From the NCBI GenBank assembly GCA_050575255.1, contig JBNZDD010013549.1, positions 880,413-944,412 of the forward strand: a stretch of 64,000 bases of DNA, written 5' to 3'. The stretch is from Harriotta raleighana (lineage: Eukaryota). Of this stretch, positions 63,110 through 64,000 are shown piece after piece. Positions within the stretch are counted from its first letter, which is position 1, and the number at the start of each line of letters is the position of its first letter. The position numbers were made by a program, and so were the translations under genes. The notes under the pieces are model-generated. The model made no database searches. It saw only the letters and a list, made by a program, of their open reading frames with translations, and was not told where the DNA came from.

Positions 63110-63910
63110 TATAACGGCGTCCTCCACGGCCGGGGCGGCGTCCACAATGGCGGCGAGTGTTGACTGCGGCGGTGAGGTAAACACAAGGGCTCGCGGTCCG
63201 CGTTACGTCGCCAGCCAATGGCGGCCCGGTCGAAAGCGGGGGCGGGTTCGCGCCCAATTGGCCGGTTTTTTTTTCCCGAGGGTGAACTATTTGGGCTACG
63301 GGTATCGGTAATATTAAATTCCCGGTTGCCTGACGGGAGAAGAGACGGGGTGGGTGGGGGGGAGAGAGGAGAAGAAGAAGAAGAAAGAAGAAGAATAAAC
63401 GCGCTGGTCGGCGTCGACGGCTCCCAGGATTCCGCGGGCTCCGCGCAGACTCAGATCGGATCCCAGCGGCGCGAGAGCCCCCACCAACCGCCGGAGCGCG
63501 CGAGCCCAGGGACCAGCCCACAGCCACAGCAATACCAACACCCCCCCTCTGCTAGGGGATTGGAGACAGCAGCCCGGGCGCGTAGATCAGCCGCGAAGCC
63601 CGGCCGTGTGCTTCGGTCGTTGACATCGTTTCTGAGGAGAAACCTCCCCTCCCCACCCACCCACCCACTTCTCAGCGTCTTGTGGGTCCGCGCTGCTCCC
63701 CCCGCAGAGATGTGGAGGGACGGGCGGCCCGAGTCCCTATGAGTTGAAGCAAGCGATGTTATCCAGGAAGAAAAGTAAAAACGAAGCGTCCAAACCGCCC
63801 GAGGTTCAGGGGAAGTATGTCAAGAAGGAGACGTCCCCGATGCTGAGGAGTAAGTGAGGGGGAGGGCTGGGTGGGAGTGCTCCCGAGTTATGGTGGAAAC
63901 CCGGGGCTGC
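63110..63910 (+). promoter_or_regulatory. CpG-island promoter/5' UTR of SAV1
   Basis: Abrupt rise in GC and CpG; CCAAT boxes (~63215, ~63255), GC box GGGGGCGGG (~63238), two AATGGCGGC YY1-like motifs (~63146, ~63217). Confidence 0.75.
63756..63849 (+). CDS. SAV1: Salvador homolog 1 (Hippo pathway scaffold), first coding exon
   Basis: Encodes MLSRKKSKNEASKPPEVQGKYVKKETSPMLR then A|GTAAGT donor (94 nt); matches the vertebrate SAV1 N-terminus; NIN-SAV1 adjacency is conserved in human. Confidence 0.93.
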
Positions 63911-64000
63911 TTCACCTGGGACACTTTAACTCCTTGTCTCTGTTTAGTAAACACCAACTTCCACCAACTTGATTAACTTCCCCAAACTTGTGTCTCATTC

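Noticed and set aside
63018-63742. Long overlapping ORFs (97-174 aa) on both strands
   Set aside because: Stop-poor GC-rich CpG island; no recognisable protein. The MAASVDCGGE|GTAAAC exon-like stretch at ~63147 is better explained as a YY1-like promoter motif and has no other support

Overview
Vertebrate (eukaryotic, intron-containing) genomic DNA, most likely a cartilaginous fish such as elephant shark (inferred from the SINE/CR1/L2 repeat content, not proven). Almost the whole window is one + strand gene, ninein (NIN). I traced 29 coding exons by hand from ATG 9202 to TAA 59960 with consistent splice phases (5823 nt, about 1940 aa). The CpG-island promoter and first coding exon of SAV1 follow at 63756-63849, the same NIN->SAV1 order and orientation as in human. 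Most ORFs in the supplied track are spurious or partial exons. The main interest is an apparent neuronal splicing-switch module. It comprises a 1530-nt symmetric cassette exon containing a hidden 114-nt (38-aa) tandem repeat, a cluster of six RBFOX motifs (TGCATG) behind it, a candidate 22-nt stop-containing microexon with SRRM4-type architecture, and an alternative terminal exon encoding ALLLDQRAVHADTYRRIGHL*. Also present are a GC-AG intron, RFX X-box-like motifs near a candidate alternative-start exon, and uORFs. An exact 2.3-kb three-exon duplication split by a single N is almost certainly an assembly artefact. No CRISPR array, RNA gene or prokaryote-type system was seen.
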